Source: Pseudomonadota bacterium
GTDB lineage: Bacteria; Pseudomonadota; Alphaproteobacteria; Micavibrionales; CSBR16-224
Direction of reading: 5' to 3'
Length of the DNA stretch: 32,644 nucleotides
Assembly (NCBI GenBank): GCA_051745265.1
Contig: JBNJDW010000002.1
Location: 1 to 32,644, forward strand
The notes under the pieces were generated by a model. It worked only from the letters and a program-made list of their open reading frames with translations, did no database searches and had not been told where the DNA came from. Below, piece by piece: positions 1-9,057 of the stretch. Each line of letters opens with the position of its first letter. Position 1 is the first letter of the stretch. Position numbers and translations under genes: made by a program.

Positions 1-88
1 CATAAAAATAAATTCCCATGGCTGTCATTAACAGAATTAGAGGTAGAAAAACTTTACTTCTAATCCCTGAGATACCACGAAAATTCAT

Positions 89-625
89 TTATATAACCGT
101 TACGAGCATAAGAAAAATGGGTTTAAAACGGGCGTTTAATGTATCCGTTATGGTTTTGTTAATGACAATTTCAACCCGGTTTTCGGAGTTTACATAAATC
201 GCGCAGCAATTTTGTTCCAAACAGGCCCGGTCAAGGGTAAAGCTGAGGATACGATGTGTGTTCAAAGCACTGGTAATCTCATTATAATGAGGCTGCAGGC
301 CCGTCGTTACAAAAGCAAAAGAAGCTTCTTTTAAAAGAGATAGCTCTGACACGGGAACAAGTAAGGGTGTTATCTGTTTGTTGTCCTGTGATTTGATCAG
401 ATCGCGCATGCGACGGGCATTTCTGACAGATATGTTGATGTTCGGATCATAGACGATCGCCATGTTTAACGGCGCAGAGGATTTTTCCTCGAGAAAGCCT
501 ATGGTCCGTGTAATGGTTTGCAGGTCTTTAAGAGTGACATCCTGATTGTCAGCATGCGCTGTTGACGACAGGAAAAAAACTGTCGCAAAAACTATAAACA
601 AAAAGAGTTTAATATTTTTTTTCAA
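89..625 (-). CDS. Periplasmic YfiR/DUF4154-like protein (putative)
   Basis: 178-aa ORF with a TTG start at 625 and no earlier in-frame ATG. It has a clear Sec signal peptide (KKNIKLFLFIVFATVFFLSSTAHA). Its size, periplasmic prediction, C-terminal Cys pair (EQNCCAIYV) and position beside a TonB-dependent receptor recall YfiR/DUF4154 proteins. The family call is from memory, not a search. Confidence 0.45.
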   Translation of the reverse strand: MKKNIKLFLFIVFATVFFLSSTAHADNQDVTLKDLQTITRTIGFLEEKSSAPLNMAIVYDPNINISVRNARRMRDLIKSQDNKQITPLLVPVSELSLLKEASFAFVTTGLQPHYNEITSALNTHRILSFTLDRACLEQNCCAIYVNSENRVEIVINKTITDTLNARFKPIFLMLVTVI

Positions 626-821
626 GGTAACTATTTTTTTCTACCCGCTAGAGGCTGAACATATATATTGATATATAACTCTAGCAAATAAAAACCAATC
701 TGGACAGTGCTTTAAAATAAAAGAGCGGTATCAGGTGTAAACCCTAGGTTAAGATTGGCACGGTCATGTATTTCTGATAAAGTTTTGTCAGATTTTGCTC
801 CTTTTGAGGATATTTAAAATA

Positions 822-2804
822 ATGTCATGTAAAACTAAAATAATTGCTGCGTTTTTATGCTTATCGACTGCGGCATTCTTGGGGAGCACGGCACAGGCAC
901 AAACAATAGATTATCAGTCACTTGAAGAATTATTTGGTGAGGCGGTGACCACCAGCGCAACAGGCAAGCCGCAAAGGGCGCCTGATGTGCCCGTCACGAT
1001 GGAGATTCTTACAGATGAAGATATACGCAGATCCCCGGCCACCGATATTCCCGGTGTGCTTCGCCATGTTGGCGGTATGAGTGTCTGGCAATGGACCCGT
1101 ACATATTCTGATGTCAGTGTGCGGGGCAATAATGAAGTTTTTTCGCCGCGTCTTTTGGTTCTGGTCAATGGACGGCAGGTCTATACCGATGATTACGGCC
1201 ATGTCGCCTGGGAGACAATTCCCGTCCAATTGGAAGAAATCCGACAGATTGAAATTGTCAAAGGGCCAAATTCCGCACTGTTCGGTTTTAATGCTGTCGG
1301 CGGGGTGGTGAATATCATTACTTATAATCCGCTATATGACGATGTATCCAGTGCCGGTGTCAGGGTCGGGACGGATGATTATAAACAGGGGCATTTTCTG
1401 CATACGATTCAGGGCGAAAACTATGGTATGCGGCTATCAGGCGGCAGAATGACATCAGAAGATTTCGATTCGCCCGCCGGTTTCGATTACGAAGATCCGG
1501 ATCAGTGGTCTTTCGCAGTTGATAGTGTATTTGAAGTTACAGATTCAGCGCATTTGCGGCTGGAGGTAAATAAATCAGCGCTGCAGGCGTCTCATTTTAT
1601 ACCGTCTTATGCGCCGTCAAGTACGCGTCATGGAACTGAATCTGCCAAATTAAGTCTCGCGGCGGAAGCCGGGCCCGGCATGTTTGAGGCCACGGTATAT
1701 CACAATATAAGTGAAAAGAAGGGACTTGATCCGACATTTCCATTGGAGCTGGATAACAGTGTGACGGTTGCACAGGCAGAATATCTGTTTCCGTTCAGCG
1801 TTAATCATGATTTTCAGGTTTTGACGGAATATCGGCATAATTCCCTGACAGGTTCTAACGTTGTGCCGGATGGCAGCGAAGTCTATTATGATCTTTATGC
1901 TGCCGGCGGCATGTGGAATTGGCGTTTGCGTGATAATCTCAGCTGGACCAATGCTATCCGCGTTGATCATCTTGATATGGGGCGGAGCGGTCCATTGCTG
2001 ACAAATGCGCTTGTCACCTCTAATGAGCAGTATAATAAACGCATAACTGAAATTGCCTATAACAGCGGTCTGGTCTGGCACGCCACGCCCCATGATACAC
2101 TGCGGCTGAGTACCGCGCGGGGCGTTCAGGCCCCCAGTCTTTGGGATTTTGGTCAGATGCTTGATTTCGGTCCGGTTACGGTTGTCGGCAATCCCGGTAT
2201 TGATGCCTCGGTCATAAAAAATTATGAGATCGGTTATGATCGTAGGATTGATCAAATTAGTGGCCAATTGCGGACCAGCGTGTTTTATCAGGAAATTAAG
2301 GATATTAAAGGGCCGGACAATGTGAATACTGTCGGGACGAGCATTCAACCGGATAATATCGGAGACAGCAGCACCATTGGCGCTGAAATCGGCCTTGAAG
2401 GTTTGATTGGTACAGATTGGAACTGGGATGCCAATTACATGATTCAGCATGTTGATGATAAGCTGACGGTCAATCAGGGCGGTACGACAACGGTTGGTTA
2501 TGATGGCGAGGACGCAACGCCGACACATACGCTAAACGGGCATCTTGGCTATACGAAGGGGGCTTGGGAAGTTGATGGATATGCGCGTTATGTCACTGGA
2601 TATAAGGTTTTGCGCGGTATTTCTCCTTATAGTGAGGTTGACGCCGGTAGTTTTCTCAGCCTTAGCGGCAGGGTTGCCTATAATGTGAACGAAAACATAA
2701 CGCTGGCCTTATCAGGGCAGCAGCTTAACCATGAGGACGTTCGGGAAACCTCAGCCCCGGGAAGAGAACGTCAGGTCTTTTTATCTGTGAATGCATCCTT
2801 CTAA
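822..2804 (+). CDS. TonB-dependent outer-membrane receptor
   Basis: ORF 795..2804. The preferred start is ATG 822, which gives the signal peptide MSCKTKIIAAFLCLSTAAFLGSTAQA; TTG 795 would add only 9 aa. Plug-domain motifs are present (VPVTMEILTDEDIRRSPATDIPGVLRHVGG, VSVRGN, IEIVKGPNSALFG). A long beta-barrel region follows, ending in the terminal aromatic residue (..NASF). Confidence 0.9.
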   Translation: MSCKTKIIAAFLCLSTAAFLGSTAQAQTIDYQSLEELFGEAVTTSATGKPQRAPDVPVTMEILTDEDIRRSPATDIPGVLRHVGGMSVWQWTRTYSDVSVRGNNEVFSPRLLVLVNGRQVYTDDYGHVAWETIPVQLEEIRQIEIVKGPNSALFGFNAVGGVVNIITYNPLYDDVSSAGVRVGTDDYKQGHFLHTIQGENYGMRLSGGRMTSEDFDSPAGFDYEDPDQWSFAVDSVFEVTDSAHLRLEVNKSALQASHFIPSYAPSSTRHGTESAKLSLAAEAGPGMFEATVYHNISEKKGLDPTFPLELDNSVTVAQAEYLFPFSVNHDFQVLTEYRHNSLTGSNVVPDGSEVYYDLYAAGGMWNWRLRDNLSWTNAIRVDHLDMGRSGPLLTNALVTSNEQYNKRITEIAYNSGLVWHATPHDTLRLSTARGVQAPSLWDFGQMLDFGPVTVVGNPGIDASVIKNYEIGYDRRIDQISGQLRTSVFYQEIKDIKGPDNVNTVGTSIQPDNIGDSSTIGAEIGLEGLIGTDWNWDANYMIQHVDDKLTVNQGGTTTVGYDGEDATPTHTLNGHLGYTKGAWEVDGYARYVTGYKVLRGISPYSEVDAGSFLSLSGRVAYNVNENITLALSGQQLNHEDVRETSAPGRERQVFLSVNASF

Positions 2805-2807
2805 ATT

Positions 2808-3116
2808 TCATGAATATTTTTGGTGATAGGGATGCTGCCTTTTTTCATTATGTTGGTGGAGTCTGACGCGACAGCCAATATCGGTCAGGGCCGTTGTGCC
2901 ATTAGATTCCGTTTCTGCAATCAGATTGCCGATTGAATTGATAAGCATACCCGTTGTGCCAATCAGAAAGAACCAGCCGGCGCTGTCTATGTCTTGTAAA
3001 AATAGAATGCTACCGACCAGCCAGAACAGGTTTCCTAAAATACCAATGGTTATTTGTATCCATTTATAACGTTTGATGCAGGCGCTTAAGGTTTTATGCA
3101 GAATTTTAAAGTCCAT
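2808..3116 (-). CDS. YrhK-like small membrane protein
   Basis: 102-aa ORF with two hydrophobic helices. The pattern ILGNLFWLVGSILFL...GWFFLIGTTGMLINSIGNL is typical of the YrhK domain. It is convergent with the receptor gene, with only 3 nt between the stop codons. Confidence 0.5.
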   Translation of the reverse strand: MDFKILHKTLSACIKRYKWIQITIGILGNLFWLVGSILFLQDIDSAGWFFLIGTTGMLINSIGNLIAETESNGTTALTDIGCRVRLHQHNEKRQHPYHQKYS

Positions 3117-3206
3117 GGGCAGATCTTTTATTCAGGTGACTGTATGTTCATAGGCATAACAATAGCCCTGTTTAAAAGTTCCGATGAAAACTGATGTGCG
3201 AAAAGG

Positions 3207-5084
3207 TCAGCAGGCGTCTTCCAGCTCTGCAAGCGCTTCGAGCCATGATTTTTCCTGTTTTTCAAGGTCTTTGGTGACCCGCGCATATTTTTGCTGCGTC
3301 TTTGTGGCTTTATCAAGATCGTCATAGATTTCAGGATCGGCCAGCAGGTCTTCAAGTTTTTGCTTTTCCGCCTCCAGATCCGCGACTGTTTTTTCAGCCT
3401 TGGCGACGCTTTTTTCCAGATCTTTGGGTGAGATTCTCCCCGCGGTCTTGTTCTTTTTCTCCGCTTTGGCTTTTTTATTATTTTTGCTGTCTTTCTTTTT
3501 GTCATCGCGGCGGGATTGGATGACAAATTTCCGGTAATCCTCAAGATCGCCGTCAAAATGCTGGCAGGTGCCGTCCTTAACCAGCCACAGGCGGTCGGCA
3601 ACCCGTTCAACCATGCTGGGATCGTGGCTGACCATGATCACGGCCCCTTCGTAATGATTGAGGGCTTGAATCAAGGCTTCTCTGGCATCGACATCCAGGT
3701 GGTTGGTCGGCTCATCCAGTAGTAGCATATGCGGTGCATCATAGCTCATGAAGGCAAACAGCAAGCGGGCTTTTTCACCACCGCTCAGATTGCCGATTTT
3801 ATTATCCGCAAGATCGCGGCAAAAGCCGAACTGGCCCAGCTTGGCCCGGACGGCCGGTTCTCTGGCTTCACCTGTGGTCTGAAGTACCATGCGGGACAGC
3901 GCCTGATAGGGGCTTTCCTCAACATCGAGTTCTTCGGTTTGATGCTGCGAGAAATAACCGATACGCAGTTTTTTGGAGCGTACGACTTCGCCATCCATGG
4001 GACTGAGCTTATCAGCGATCAGTTTGATCAGGGTCGATTTACCGTTACCATTGGCCCCCAGCAGGGCGATCCGGTCGCCGGGATCAATGTTTTCATGTAA
4101 GTGGCGCAGCACCGGTTGTCCGGCGGTATAGCCGACACTGACATGGCGCAGCGATATCATCGGCGGTGATAATTTATCCGGCTGGGGAAAATTAAAGCGC
4201 ACAGAACGCGAGGCGATAATCGCATCAACAATATCCATGCGTTCCAGTGCTTTCATCCGGCTCTGGGCCTGACGGGCCTTGCTGGCCTGCGCCTTGAAAC
4301 GGTCGATAAAGCCCTGAATACGGGCGCGTTCGGCCTGCTGTTTTTCATGCATTTTCTGCTGCAGGTTCAGCTTTGCCGCGCGTTCGCGTTCAAAAGTATC
4401 ATAGTCACCGGTATACATGGTGATTTGCTGTTGATCGATATGCAGGACATGATCAATACATTTATTCAGAATATCGCGGTCATGCGAGATGATCAGCAAA
4501 GTGTGCGGATAATTGGCCAGATAGCTTTCCAGCCACATGATCGCTTCCAGATCAAGGTGGTTGGTCGGCTCATCGAGCAAGAGCAGATCAGGCTGGACAA
4601 ACAAGGCGGCGGCCAGCGCCACGCGCATCCGCCAGCCACCGCTGAAGGATGAAAACGGTTGATAGATTTCTTCGTCTTTAAAGCCAAGACCGGTGAGCAG
4701 GATTGCCGCCCGCGCCGGGGCGGTGTAGGCGTCAAGCTCGGCCAGACGCATATAGATGTCGCCCAGCTTATTGGGATCGGGCTCCGTTTCGGTCAATCCG
4801 TTCAGGCGGGTTAATTCCTCGTCCGCTTCAAGGACGATATCAATCAGCGGCTTGTCGGATTCAGGAATATCCTGCCGGACAATCCCCATGCGCTGCCCGG
4901 ATGAAAGCATAATCGTGCCGCGGTCAAGCGGAAGTTCGCCCGAGATCAGTTTGAACAGGGTTGATTTGCCGGCGCCATTGATGCCGACAACGCCGACTTT
5001 CCAGCCATCCATGATATCGGCATTGCCGTTTTCAATCAGGGTTCGGGTGCCGATCGTGTATGTGAGGTCTTTTATGCTTAACAT
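3207..5084 (-). CDS. ABC-F family ATPase (two ABC domains, no transmembrane domain; YheS/Uup-like)
   Basis: 625 aa. It has two Walker A motifs ([18 protein letters not shown]), two ABC signatures ([16 protein letters not shown]) and two Walker B motifs ([12 protein letters not shown] twice). An inter-domain linker and a Lys/Glu-rich coiled-coil C-terminal tail are present. Confidence 0.9.
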   Translation of the reverse strand: MLSIKDLTYTIGTRTLIENGNADIMDGWKVGVVGINGAGKSTLFKLISGELPLDRGTIMLSSGQRMGIVRQDIPESDKPLIDIVLEADEELTRLNGLTETEPDPNKLGDIYMRLAELDAYTAPARAAILLTGLGFKDEEIYQPFSSFSGGWRMRVALAAALFVQPDLLLLDEPTNHLDLEAIMWLESYLANYPHTLLIISHDRDILNKCIDHVLHIDQQQITMYTGDYDTFERERAAKLNLQQKMHEKQQAERARIQGFIDRFKAQASKARQAQSRMKALERMDIVDAIIASRSVRFNFPQPDKLSPPMISLRHVSVGYTAGQPVLRHLHENIDPGDRIALLGANGNGKSTLIKLIADKLSPMDGEVVRSKKLRIGYFSQHQTEELDVEESPYQALSRMVLQTTGEAREPAVRAKLGQFGFCRDLADNKIGNLSGGEKARLLFAFMSYDAPHMLLLDEPTNHLDVDAREALIQALNHYEGAVIMVSHDPSMVERVADRLWLVKDGTCQHFDGDLEDYRKFVIQSRRDDKKKDSKNNKKAKAEKKNKTAGRISPKDLEKSVAKAEKTVADLEAEKQKLEDLLADPEIYDDLDKATKTQQKYARVTKDLEKQEKSWLEALAELEDAC

Positions 5085-5154
5085 CTGTCTTGCAACGCGT
5101 CGTTTAAAATGGAATTGTAAGGCTACTTATAGAGGACCAAAGGCGATACGACAA

Positions 5155-5610
5155 ATGAAAATATGGATTGATGCAGATGCCTGCCCAAATGTGATCAAGG
5201 AAATTCTTTTTCGGATGGCCGAACGGACGCAGATTTCAATCACGCTGGTGGCCAATCAATGGATTAAAAAACCGCAATCTGAATTTATTCACTTTATTCA
5301 GGTCGCCGATGGGCCCGATATCGCCGATGATGAAATTGTTGAACTGTGCAGCGCCGGGGATCTGATCATTACCGCGGATATTCCGCTGGCCGCCCGCGTC
5401 GTTGACAAAGGCGCCTTTGCCCTTGATCCGCGCGGAACGCTGTATGATCAAAGCAATGTCGGCCAGGCCCTGTCCATGCGGGACTTCATGGATTCCCTGC
5501 GTGGCAGCGGGGTTGAAACCGGTGGCCCGGATAGTTTTCATCAGCGTGACCGCCAGGCTTTTGCCAATGCGTTAGATAAGTTTATTATACAGAAGGGCAG
5601 AAAAGGATGA
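5155..5610 (+). CDS. YaiI/YqxD family protein (UPF0178, DUF188)
   Basis: The ORF track gives 4756..5610, but the first 133 codons are antisense to the ABC-F gene. The in-frame ATG at 5155 gives [20 protein letters not shown]..., the characteristic YaiI N-terminus. The product is 151 aa, the usual family size. Confidence 0.8.
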   Translation: MKIWIDADACPNVIKEILFRMAERTQISITLVANQWIKKPQSEFIHFIQVADGPDIADDEIVELCSAGDLIITADIPLAARVVDKGAFALDPRGTLYDQSNVGQALSMRDFMDSLRGSGVETGGPDSFHQRDRQAFANALDKFIIQKGRKG

Positions 5611-6149
5611 CAAAAGCTGAACTGGGTGAGATTATTGCCAGAACCTTTGCGCTTTATTTCTTTTTTAAGGCAGCGGGATTGTTTTTAGTCAACATCGCGC
5701 CACCGTTTTTTCACCCCGAACCTTTAGAACACTGGAATTATATACTTTTAAGCGTCGTGGTGCAGGTTATTCCCTTTGGCCTGTTTGCGCTGATCTTATG
5801 GTTTTGGGCAAAACGGGCAGGCTGCCTGATCGCGGGGGATGACAAGGATAAGGTTATTTCAACACTATCCGCAGATTCATTTCTGTCTGTTGTCTTTGCC
5901 GGGTTTGGTCTTCTTCTGTTGATCCCGATTGTGGTTGAGCTTTCTAATATGATCAGCATGATTTTTGTCGAAAGCGATGACCGCCCCTTAACACATTTTG
6001 AATGGCTACCCCATTCAATCAGGCTGATGTTCTTTTGTCTTTTAAGTCTGAGTTTTATTTTCGGAATTGAGGGTTTGAAGAATATTTTTTACAGCATCAG
6101 GCAGGCTGGCCGGGATAAATATACCGATAAAGATGCAGGCAGAAAATGA
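5607..6149 (+). CDS. Hypothetical integral membrane protein
   Basis: 180-aa ORF with about 4 hydrophobic helices. It has ATGA start/stop overlaps with both neighbours (5607-5610 and 6146-6149). I recognised no family motif. Confidence 0.6.
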   Translation: MTKAELGEIIARTFALYFFFKAAGLFLVNIAPPFFHPEPLEHWNYILLSVVVQVIPFGLFALILWFWAKRAGCLIAGDDKDKVISTLSADSFLSVVFAGFGLLLLIPIVVELSNMISMIFVESDDRPLTHFEWLPHSIRLMFFCLLSLSFIFGIEGLKNIFYSIRQAGRDKYTDKDAGRK

Positions 6150-7246
6150 AACATGTCCTGATCATTGGCGGCTATGGTAATTTTGGCAGTTTTATTGCCA
6201 GACGACTGGCCAGCAATGCTGATATTAAACTGATCATTGCCGGACGGTCTTTGGAAAAGGCGCAGCATTTTGTCTCCGGCCTTGAGGCTGTAAACAAGGC
6301 CGAGGCCGCGGCGCTGGATATCAACAGTGATTTTGTTGCGGCTTTGACAAGGCTTAAACCGGATATTGTCATTCATACCTCCGGCCCGTTTCAGGGGCAG
6401 GATTATCATGTGGCGCGGGCCTGTATTGATCAGGGCTGTCATTATATTGATCTGGCCGATGGCCGTGAATTTGTGGCTGAGATTGATGAAATTGATCCGC
6501 TGGCCCGGGCAAATAATGTATTGGTCATCAGCGGCGCCAGTTCTGTGCCCGGCCTGACCGCAGCGCTTGTTGATCATTACCAGACAGACTTCAAGCAGTT
6601 AGAATATCTTGATTACGGTATTACGACAGCGCAACAGACCAATCGCGGTCTGGCCACCACGGCGGCGATCCTCGGCTATACCGGCAAGCCGTTTGAGACG
6701 CTGATCAATGGCCGGATGACACGGGTTTACGGCTGGCAGGATATGCACCGCCGCCGGTATGAGCATTTGGGCAAAAGACTGCTGGGCAATTGCAACATCC
6801 CTGATCTGACCCTGTTTCCAAAGCGTTATCCGGGTTTAAAAACGGTGCGTTTCTATGCCGGTCTTGAAATTCCGTTTATTCATGTATCGCTATGGCTGTT
6901 GTCCTGGCTTGTGCGGGCCGGGGTGATCCGTCATTTGGAAAAGGCGGCGCCATTATTGCTGACACTATCGTTTTTGTTTGATTGTTTTGGCTCGGCAGAT
7001 AGCGGTTTTCACATGGAGCTGACCGGCACGGGGCATGACGGCAGCATTCAAACACGAGGGTTTGAGCTGACCGCCCGCGCCGGAGATGGTCCTTATATCC
7101 CCTGCATGCCGGCGATTATACTGGCCGGGAAACTGGCCCGCGGGGATTTGACCACGACAGGGGCGTATCCCTGTATGGGCTTTATCAGTCTTGAAGATTA
7201 CCTGCATGCGTTGGACGGGCTGGATATCAGTATTTCGCGGTATTAA
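6146..7246 (+). CDS. Saccharopine dehydrogenase-like NAD(P)-binding protein
   Basis: 366 aa. The N-terminal Rossmann motif is [21 protein letters not shown]. The length and the central SGASSVPGL segment fit the saccharopine dehydrogenase NADP-binding domain family. Confidence 0.7.
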   Translation: MKHVLIIGGYGNFGSFIARRLASNADIKLIIAGRSLEKAQHFVSGLEAVNKAEAAALDINSDFVAALTRLKPDIVIHTSGPFQGQDYHVARACIDQGCHYIDLADGREFVAEIDEIDPLARANNVLVISGASSVPGLTAALVDHYQTDFKQLEYLDYGITTAQQTNRGLATTAAILGYTGKPFETLINGRMTRVYGWQDMHRRRYEHLGKRLLGNCNIPDLTLFPKRYPGLKTVRFYAGLEIPFIHVSLWLLSWLVRAGVIRHLEKAAPLLLTLSFLFDCFGSADSGFHMELTGTGHDGSIQTRGFELTARAGDGPYIPCMPAIILAGKLARGDLTTTGAYPCMGFISLEDYLHALDGLDISISRY

Positions 7247-7291
7247 AACACTATAATATTGTTATTTATGCTGAACAGCTTAATTAAAAGT

Positions 7292-7320
7292 TTAAGACTT
7301 GTTTACCATTTTGATATACT
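7292..7320 (+). promoter_or_regulatory. Sigma70-like promoter candidate upstream of the orphan-protein/cusBA genes
   Basis: TTAAGA (7292-7297), a 17-nt spacer, then TATACT (7315-7320), lying just upstream of the 7327 ORF. This is a pattern match only. Confidence 0.3.
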
Positions 7321-7326
7321 ATAGCG

Positions 7327-7704
7327 GTGATGCGGAATTTTATGCTGACATTTCTGACCCTGATTATGCTGACGCCATCTTTGGCGTGCGCAATGGCGTA
7401 TGATATGTCACTGCCCGCAGCGCAGGAAACACAGGAACCCTGCCATAAATCCGCTGAGAAGAAAACGGATGAAGGCCCGGTTTTGATTGTCGACTGCCTT
7501 GGCGTTGATCTGTTTCAGCAGCAGGCCGATGAAGATGTCGGGCCTGATCTTTCCTTTGATATCATAGATTTTGACGGCTATGTTTCTAATGCCGACAGCC
7601 TGAATACCGGCCATAGCAACAGTATTCGTGGCCCGCCGGTGCAGCTTTCTGCCGCTTATCATCCGCCATCCGTTATTCTGACAACACAGCGTTTCAGACT
7701 CTAA
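7327..7704 (+). CDS. Hypothetical exported protein upstream of cusB
   Basis: 125-aa ORF with GTG 7327 or ATG 7330 as start. The signal peptide is FMLTFLTLIMLTPSLACA. The mature part is acidic and lacks the Met/His/Trp motif of CusF. I recognised no family. Confidence 0.5.
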   Translation: MMRNFMLTFLTLIMLTPSLACAMAYDMSLPAAQETQEPCHKSAEKKTDEGPVLIVDCLGVDLFQQQADEDVGPDLSFDIIDFDGYVSNADSLNTGHSNSIRGPPVQLSAAYHPPSVILTTQRFRL

Positions 7705-7752
7705 GCACATCTCTTTTCCGTTTATTTACACCCTTGGAAAGGAGAATTTTCT

Positions 7753-9057
7753 GTGCGTATTTTTATGTTTTTAGTTTTGTTCCTGGTTTTCACGCCGCCT
7801 GCGTTGGCTGCGGAGGACCCTTATATCTGCCCGATGCACCCGCATATCAGCGGTGAAGAAGGGGACGATTGTCCGATCTGTGGTATGTCGCTGGTCCCTA
7901 AAACCGATGAAACCCCGGTTGAAGAGGGGCCTGATGCGCATGCCGATCATCAGGACCATACGGACCATACGGACCATACGGACCATACGGATCATAATGC
8001 TGATACCGATGCTGCGAATGAAGATGCGGCGAAGGACGAAGGATTTCAAATTGATCCGTCTTATGTGCAGGCGTTGGGCGTGAAGTCCGGCGAGGTCCGT
8101 CATCATGAATTTGGCCGCAATATTCGCGCCTTTGGCGCGCTTGCCGCCAATACCCGGCTTGAGCATGCCGTTAATGTCCGGACCAATGGCTGGATTGTGG
8201 ATCTGGCGGCAGATGCGGTGGGCGATACGGTTAAAAAAGGCGATCTGTTATTCAGTTATTACAGTCCTGATCTGATGTCGGCGCAGACAGATTTTGTCAA
8301 TGCCAGGCGGGCGCGAAACCCTGAACAGCGTTTGCGCCTGTATGGTATGACCGATAAAGCCATTGCCGATGTGCGCAAAAAAGGCCAGTTTCTGGAGCAA
8401 ACGCCTTTTTATGCTCCGGCAGATGGTACCGTAACGGCGCTTGATGTTCGTAAGGGCGCCTATGTGAATGAAGGGGGCCGGGTCTTAAGCTTGCAGGACT
8501 TTTCCAAATTATGGGTCAATGTTGCAGTACCCGTGCGCGATGTTCAGTTTTTGAATACCGAAACACCGGCAGAGATCACCCTGCCTGAAACGGGCGAGAC
8601 TTATACAAGCAAGATTGATTTTATTCACCCCCTTAATGATCCGGAAAGCCGGACAACAACCGTCCGGCTGATCCTGGATAATCCAGAAGGTCAATTAAGA
8701 CCGGACACCTATGTCGATGCCGTGTTTAAGCCCGGCGTTCAATCCCGGCTGGCGGTTCCGGTCGAGGCGGTTCTTTACAGCAGTGAAGGGGCCTATGTGA
8801 TCGAACAACTGGGCGATGGTCGCTTTAGACCGGTGATGGTCGAAACAGGCATCACGGCAGAGGGCATGACGGAAATTACCGAAGGCCTGAATCACGGCCA
8901 GCAGATTGTCACCTCCGGCCAGTTTATGCTGGATGCTGAAAGCAGCCTGCGCGGTGGGATGGCCGCGATGGGCCATGATCATGGCGGTGACGATATGGAG
9001 GATATGGATATGACACCACAAGAAACACAGGAAGGTCAGGGACATGACCAGCACTGA
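7753..9057 (+). CDS. cusB: Cu(I)/Ag(I) efflux RND periplasmic adaptor (CusB-like) with N-terminal heavy-metal-binding module
   Basis: GTG start 6 nt after the SD AAGGAGAA, followed by a signal peptide. A CPMHP...CPICGM zinc-ribbon-like metal-binding module spans aa 22-49. A His/Asp-rich repeat covers aa 63-84. A membrane-fusion-protein core follows (hairpin, barrel-sandwich and beta-barrel regions). The C-terminal tail is rich in Met/His/Asp (MAAMGHDHGGDDMEDMDM...GHDQH). The gene overlaps cusA by 14 nt. Confidence 0.88.
   Translation: MRIFMFLVLFLVFTPPALAAEDPYICPMHPHISGEEGDDCPICGMSLVPKTDETPVEEGPDAHADHQDHTDHTDHTDHTDHNADTDAANEDAAKDEGFQIDPSYVQALGVKSGEVRHHEFGRNIRAFGALAANTRLEHAVNVRTNGWIVDLAADAVGDTVKKGDLLFSYYSPDLMSAQTDFVNARRARNPEQRLRLYGMTDKAIADVRKKGQFLEQTPFYAPADGTVTALDVRKGAYVNEGGRVLSLQDFSKLWVNVAVPVRDVQFLNTETPAEITLPETGETYTSKIDFIHPLNDPESRTTTVRLILDNPEGQLRPDTYVDAVFKPGVQSRLAVPVEAVLYSSEGAYVIEQLGDGRFRPVMVETGITAEGMTEITEGLNHGQQIVTSGQFMLDAESSLRGGMAAMGHDHGGDDMEDMDMTPQETQEGQGHDQH
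7945..7998 (+). repeat. In-frame 9-bp tandem repeat (4 perfect GACCATACG units plus degenerate flanking units) encoding (Asp-His-Thr)n
   Basis: The run reads GATCATCAG, then GACCATACG four times (7954-7989), then GATCATAAT. It translates to DHQ-DHT-DHT-DHT-DHT-DHN inside CusB. Confidence 0.95.

Noticed and set aside
1-88. Possible start of a further minus-strand gene (ATG at 28 or 19) downstream of the YfiR-like gene
   Set aside because: Only 6-9 codons are visible and there is no clear SD, so it cannot be supported as a feature.
1650-2528. 292-aa minus-strand ORF, plus several 76-99-aa ORFs at 914-1311, inside the TonB-dependent receptor gene
   Set aside because: They are fully antisense or out of frame to a gene with strong family motifs. 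Their composition is odd (Ile/Asn/Arg-rich), there is no RBS, and I recognised no motifs. They are typical shadow ORFs.
3128-3610. 160-aa Lys/Arg/Pro-rich ORF on the minus strand
   Set aside because: It is an alternative frame of the Lys/Glu-rich coiled-coil tail of the ABC-F gene, so it is a low-complexity frame artefact.
4756-5154. 133-codon N-terminal extension of the YaiI ORF
   Set aside because: It is antisense to the ABC-F coding sequence. The conserved YaiI N-terminus [11 protein letters not shown] starts at ATG 5155, in the intergenic region.
7771-8166. 131-aa minus-strand ORF containing MVRMVRMVRMVRMV, and a 76-aa plus-strand ORF with IRTIRTIRT
   Set aside because: These are mirror or alternate-frame readings of the 9-bp tandem repeat inside cusB, not independent genes. 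The 9-bp repeat is also far too short and lacks spacers, so it is not a CRISPR array.
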